NCBI GenBank assembly: GCA_041563215.1 | Contig: JBFFNJ010000002.1 | Location: 1 to 37,210 of the forward strand | Length of the DNA stretch: 37,210 bases | Direction: 5' to 3' | DNA from: Candidatus Deferrimicrobia bacterium | Lineage (GTDB): Bacteria; Desulfobacterota; Deferrimicrobia; J040 | Shown here: positions 33,446-37,210 of the stretch, in pieces | Layout of the letters: the number at the start of each line of letters is the position of its first letter | Numbering within the stretch: the stretch's first letter is position 1 | Translations under genes and position numbers: made by a program | The notes under the pieces: model-generated | The model's input: the letters and a program-made list of their open reading frames with translations, nothing else | What the model was told of the DNA's origin: nothing | Databases searched by the model: none

Positions 33446-34066
33446 ATGGCAATTGAAAACCTTTTACATTGGGGCGCCTACGTACTCGGGTCCTATCTCC
33501 TCGGGGCGGTTCCCTTCGGGCTGATCGTGGCTTTCCTTGTCGGGGGCGGTGTAGACCCCCGGGAGGTGGGTTCGGGAAACATAGGCGCAACCAACGTTGC
33601 CCGGGCAGTGGGCAAAATAGGCGGGGCTCTCACCCTCATCCTCGATGCGGCGAAAGGTTTTGTCCCCCTCTATCTCGCCCGGCGGGCGTTTCCCGAAAAC
33701 TATTACGCCATCGTTTCCCTCTGCGCCGTTGCGACATTTATCGGCCATGTCTTCCCCGTATACCTCAGGTTCAAGGGGGGAAAAGGTGTTGCGACAGCCG
33801 CCGGGATCATAATTTTTTTATCCCCCATTGCGGCCCTGCTCCTTTTCACGATTTTTCTCTTTGCCCTCTTTCTCACGGGCTATGTCTCCGTGGGCTCCCT
33901 TCTCTGCGCCCTCTCCTTCCCCCTACTCATGGCTTTTCTCGGGCCCACGCCCCTGTACATTGCCATCGCCCTCTTCATTGCGGTAATGATATTTTTTACC
34001 CACAGGGAGAATATCAGGAGGCTGGTCGAAGGCAGGGAGAACAAGTTTCTCGGAAAGAAGAGATAG
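33446..34066 (+). CDS. plsY: Glycerol-3-phosphate acyltransferase PlsY
   Basis: GSGNIGATNVAR, DAAKG and FKGGKGVAT motifs, with multiple TM helices. Confidence 0.9.
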   Translation: MAIENLLHWGAYVLGSYLLGAVPFGLIVAFLVGGGVDPREVGSGNIGATNVARAVGKIGGALTLILDAAKGFVPLYLARRAFPENYYAIVSLCAVATFIGHVFPVYLRFKGGKGVATAAGIIIFLSPIAALLLFTIFLFALFLTGYVSVGSLLCALSFPLLMAFLGPTPLYIAIALFIAVMIFFTHRENIRRLVEGRENKFLGKKR

Positions 34067-34082
34067 GCAAACCGGGTTCGAT

Positions 34083-34580
34083 TTACAGTTTGTCCAGGTT
34101 TCTCTTCTGCCTGCGCTTTTTTTTCGACAGTCTCCGGGAGACCCCTTTCGTCGGTTTCCTCTCCCTTGCCTCTTCCTCGTCTTCACGTACCCCTTTTGTG
34201 GAACAGTAGTGTGCCTGCTCCACCTTCCCGGCAAACTCATCTACCCGCACATAGGTGCTGTTGAAGGGCGTTATTCTCGCTATGAGGCCCGCATCGCTCG
34301 TCACCACGAAAGCGCCCTCCCGTAAACTTTTCGCCAGTCTGGCTATCCTGTCGTCTGCGGACTCGGGAGGCGAGGTGAATACTGCTTTCACCCACTTTTT
34401 TGCGACGGCCCCTCCCGGGGTGCCTCTCTTTCCGTCGAAGACAACGAGGATCGAGAGTTTTTTCAGCTTCCCGTATTCGGAGAGCTTGGCGAGGAGTTCC
34501 TCTCTTGCCTCCTCGAGGTTTTCCTCCCCGGAGAACCCAAGGTGGAAAAGGAGGTTGTAACCATCGACGACGAGTTTCAT
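34083..34580 (-). CDS. NYN-domain (YacP/Rae1-like) predicted ribonuclease with basic C-terminal tail
   Basis: Trimmed to ATG 34580 (MKLVVDGYNLLF...ILVVFDG...VVTSD). These are conserved acidic residues of the YacP-type NYN/PIN-like fold. The C-terminus is Lys/Arg-rich. Confidence 0.75.
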   Translation of the reverse strand: MKLVVDGYNLLFHLGFSGEENLEEAREELLAKLSEYGKLKKLSILVVFDGKRGTPGGAVAKKWVKAVFTSPPESADDRIARLAKSLREGAFVVTSDAGLIARITPFNSTYVRVDEFAGKVEQAHYCSTKGVREDEEEARERKPTKGVSRRLSKKKRRQKRNLDKL

Positions 34581-35066
34581 GCCCGGTAGATTGTCCGTGC
34601 CAGTTTCTATTTTCCCGCCTTTCCAGAAAAGGGGGCGGGAAGAGTTTGCGAAAACAATCATAGCGGAAACAAGCCCGTTTGAAAATATCCCCGTAGCAGC
34701 ACCGGCCTTTCTCCAATTCCCTTTTCACCCGTATCCCGCGAAGCGCCTGCGCGTGCGGGTTTGCTGTTGACCAGATTTGTTTCACCCCCTGACAGGTTAA
34801 TCTGACCGGGGGCGTTATGTTCGGAAGCGGCGGCCGAATATTTTCCCTATACTTTTGTGGAAATCCGATATAATCTTTTTCATAACGATTTAAGAGAGTT
34901 GCTTAAATATTGGGCATTTACCTGTCTGTTTTTTGTGCATCCCCGGCAGCGGAACAATCTTAAAAAAAGAGCCGGAAACGTTGCAATAATAGTTAGATCG
35001 GAAATATCCATTAAGAAACGGGGTGTTGTCACATTTTTCGGGGGCAAGGTTTTTTTCTGTCTCTGA

Positions 35067-35453
<387 letters not shown>

Positions 35454-35491
35454 AACGCATTTACGCATAACTTCAACAGGAGGTTGTTTAC

Positions 35492-36904
35492 ATGACGCCG
35501 AAAGAGATTATCGAGTTTTGCAAGAAGGAAAAAGTGGAGATGGTCGACCTCAAGTTCATGGACTTTCTCGGCCTGTGGCAGCACTTCGCCGTTCCCGTTT
35601 ACGAGCTCAAGGAAGATTCATTCGAGGAGGGCTTCGGTTTCGACGGTTCCTCCATAAGGGGATGGCAGCCCATTCACGCGAGCGATATGCTCGTCATCCC
35701 GGATTCCAAAAGAGCGGTCATCGACCCGTTCATCAAGAGGAAGACGCTTACCCTGATCTGCAATGTCTACGACCCCATCACGAAAGAGGCATACACCCGT
35801 GACCCGAGGAACATTGCGAAAAAGGCCGACGCCTATCTCGAGTCCACCGGGATCGGTGATACCGCCTATTTCGGCCCGGAAGCGGAGTTTTTCATCCTCG
35901 ATGACATACGGTACGCCTGCGAGAGGCATTACGCTTTTTACCAGATCGATTCGATCGAGGGACAGTGGAACACGGCAAGAGAAGAGAACCCGAACCTCGG
36001 TTACAAGCCGCGGTACAAGGAGGGCTACTTCCCCGTTCCTCCCACCGATTCTCTCCACGATGTCAGGGACGAGATGGTGCGGGTCATGGAAAATATCGGC
36101 ATGAAGATCGAAGCACAGCATCACGAGGTTGCCTGTGCCGGCCAGGGCGAGATCGACCTCCGGTTTGCCCCCCTCGTTGAGAGCGCCGACAACCTCCAGT
36201 GGTACAAGTACATCGTGAAGAACGTTGCCCGCCAGCACGGTAAAACGGTTACCTTCATGCCGAAGCCGATTTTCGAGGACAACGGCTCCGGCATGCACAC
36301 CCACCAGTCTATCTGGAAGGGCGGCAAGCCCATTTTCGCTGGTGAAGAGTATGGCGGCCTCTCCAAGGAGGCACTCTACTATGTGGGGGGTATCCTCAAG
36401 CATGCCGCTGCAATCTGCGCGTTCACCAACCCGACGATAAACTCCTACAAGAGGCTCGTCCCGGGCTTCGAGGCTCCCGTCAACCTGGCATACTCGAGCA
36501 GGAACAGGTCGGCGGCGGTGAGAATCCCCATGTATTCACCATCCCCCGCCGCGAAGAGAATAGAGTACCGCACCCCCGACCCATCCTGTAACGGGTACCT
36601 TGCCTTTGCGGCCATGCTCATGGCCGGCCTCGATGGGATACAGAACCGCATCGACCCGGGAGACCCCCTGGACAAAGACATCTACTCCCTCTCTCCCGAA
36701 GAGCTCGCGGGCGTTCCCCAGACACCGGCATCACTGGATGAAGCCCTGAGCGCGCTCGAAAAGGATCACGAATTTCTCCTGAAGGGAGACGTATTCACGC
36801 CCGACGTGATCGAGATGTGGATCAGCTACAAGATGGAGCACGAGGTCAAAAACATCAATTCCAGGCCCCATCCGGCCGAGTTCATGCTCTATTTCGATTG
36901 CTGA
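35492..36904 (+). CDS. glnA: Glutamine synthetase type I
   Basis: 470 aa. [32 protein letters not shown] and [13 protein letters not shown] motifs. AGGAGG SD. Confidence 0.95.
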   Translation: MTPKEIIEFCKKEKVEMVDLKFMDFLGLWQHFAVPVYELKEDSFEEGFGFDGSSIRGWQPIHASDMLVIPDSKRAVIDPFIKRKTLTLICNVYDPITKEAYTRDPRNIAKKADAYLESTGIGDTAYFGPEAEFFILDDIRYACERHYAFYQIDSIEGQWNTAREENPNLGYKPRYKEGYFPVPPTDSLHDVRDEMVRVMENIGMKIEAQHHEVACAGQGEIDLRFAPLVESADNLQWYKYIVKNVARQHGKTVTFMPKPIFEDNGSGMHTHQSIWKGGKPIFAGEEYGGLSKEALYYVGGILKHAAAICAFTNPTINSYKRLVPGFEAPVNLAYSSRNRSAAVRIPMYSPSPAAKRIEYRTPDPSCNGYLAFAAMLMAGLDGIQNRIDPGDPLDKDIYSLSPEELAGVPQTPASLDEALSALEKDHEFLLKGDVFTPDVIEMWISYKMEHEVKNINSRPHPAEFMLYFDC

Positions 36905-36925
36905 CGGCCCTGGTGATTTCTGCCG

Positions 36926-36958
36926 AAGGCGGGCCTCTCTGGCCCGCCTTTTCTTTTT
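36926..36958 (+). terminator. Rho-independent terminator of glnA
   Basis: AAGGCGGGCC-tctct-GGCCCGCCTT (a 10-bp stem), followed by TTCTTTTT. Confidence 0.8.
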
Positions 36959-37073
36959 ATATGTTCCTGGCTCGTGATTTTCCCCCTCAATCGTGCGGTT
37001 TGCCACCTTGCCGGCCAGGTATGCAAAAACAGGTAATTTTTACGGGCGCTTCAAGGTCCGGGACGGGTGGTTA

Positions 37074-37101
37074 TTGACACGGGCCGGTTCAATTTTATAC
37101 T
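37074..37101 (+). promoter_or_regulatory. Sigma-70-type promoter (TTGACA-16 nt-TATACT)
   Basis: -35 TTGACA at 37074-37079 and -10 TATACT at 37096-37101. The next ATG (37111) is only 9 nt beyond the -10 hexamer. Confidence 0.5.
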
Positions 37102-37110
37102 CTTCCTCGT

Positions 37111-37210
37111 ATGAGAATTTTCCCCCCTCATCGGGCTGCCGTCATATCGTGCATCATGATCCTTTTATTATCCTGCGGCGGCGGCGGCGGGAGCGGGAGC
37201 ATTTCGGTTA
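37111..37210 (+). CDS. Lipoprotein, N-terminal fragment (continues beyond the window end)
   Basis: MRIFPPHRAAVISCIMILLLSCGGGGGSGSISV has an L-L-S-C lipobox followed by a Gly/Ser linker. It is open to the window end. Confidence 0.5.
   Translation, partial: MRIFPPHRAAVISCIMILLLSCGGGGGSGSISV

Noticed and set aside
34760-34830. A possible glutamine riboswitch (glnA RNA motif) or other cis-regulatory RNA in the glnB leader, near the CCCCC...GGGGG hairpin and a GGAAG string.
   Set aside because: The conserved glnA-motif core sequences as I remember them are not present, and the element would lie about 300 nt from the start codon. An Rfam scan would be needed to revisit this.
34857-35066. A 69-aa GTG-initiated ORF in the glnB upstream region.
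   Set aside because: It lies in AT-rich, promoter-like DNA. The composition is atypical for this genome's genes, there is no SD, and the peptide is hydrophobic and low-complexity with no motif.

Overview
This is a GC-rich bacterial chromosomal segment with about 35 protein-coding genes. I recognised no rRNA, tRNA, CRISPR array, transposase or integrase. All family calls come from motifs read in the translations, since no database search was possible.

Most of the content is housekeeping:
- LemA and an M48 peptidase
- a U32-family Fe-S protein followed by an EF-G paralog
- MurJ, a crotonase, a GNAT, a ClC/CBS channel and aconitase
- a UvrD/PcrA-type helicase and PolX
- HisC and two other class-I aminotransferases
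- an ACT-malic enzyme, a pentaheme cytochrome c, PlsY and a YacP-like NYN protein
- glnB-glnA

The long antisense ORFs in the six-frame track are GC-driven shadows of these genes.

Several features are invisible in the ORF track and were found by reading the strands directly:
1. A 70-codon glutaredoxin-fold gene (398-610, minus strand) has an in-frame TGA exactly at the first redox position (U-P-Y-T) and a hairpin immediately 3' of it. It is a candidate selenoprotein.
2. A 53-aa CxxC...CxxC zinc-ribbon ORF (18790-18951) heads a DUF1848 / UvrD-type helicase operon.
3. A 56-aa CxxC...CxxC zinc-ribbon ORF (27366-27536) sits between a ThDP enzyme and myo-inositol-1-phosphate synthase.
4. The conserved N-terminus of a DUF1992 protein lies upstream of any ATG/GTG/TTG. 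It is best explained by a CTG start at 7386 with a well-placed Shine-Dalgarno (SD) sequence.
5. Partial signal-peptide genes sit at both window edges.

The most system-like unexplained neighbourhood is 23.3-29.1 kb. There a lipoprotein, a CelD/Fem-fold acyltransferase and an MshA-like GT4 converge on a ThDP enzyme, the zinc ribbon and inositol-phosphate synthase. This suggests an uncharacterised glycosyl-inositol pathway.
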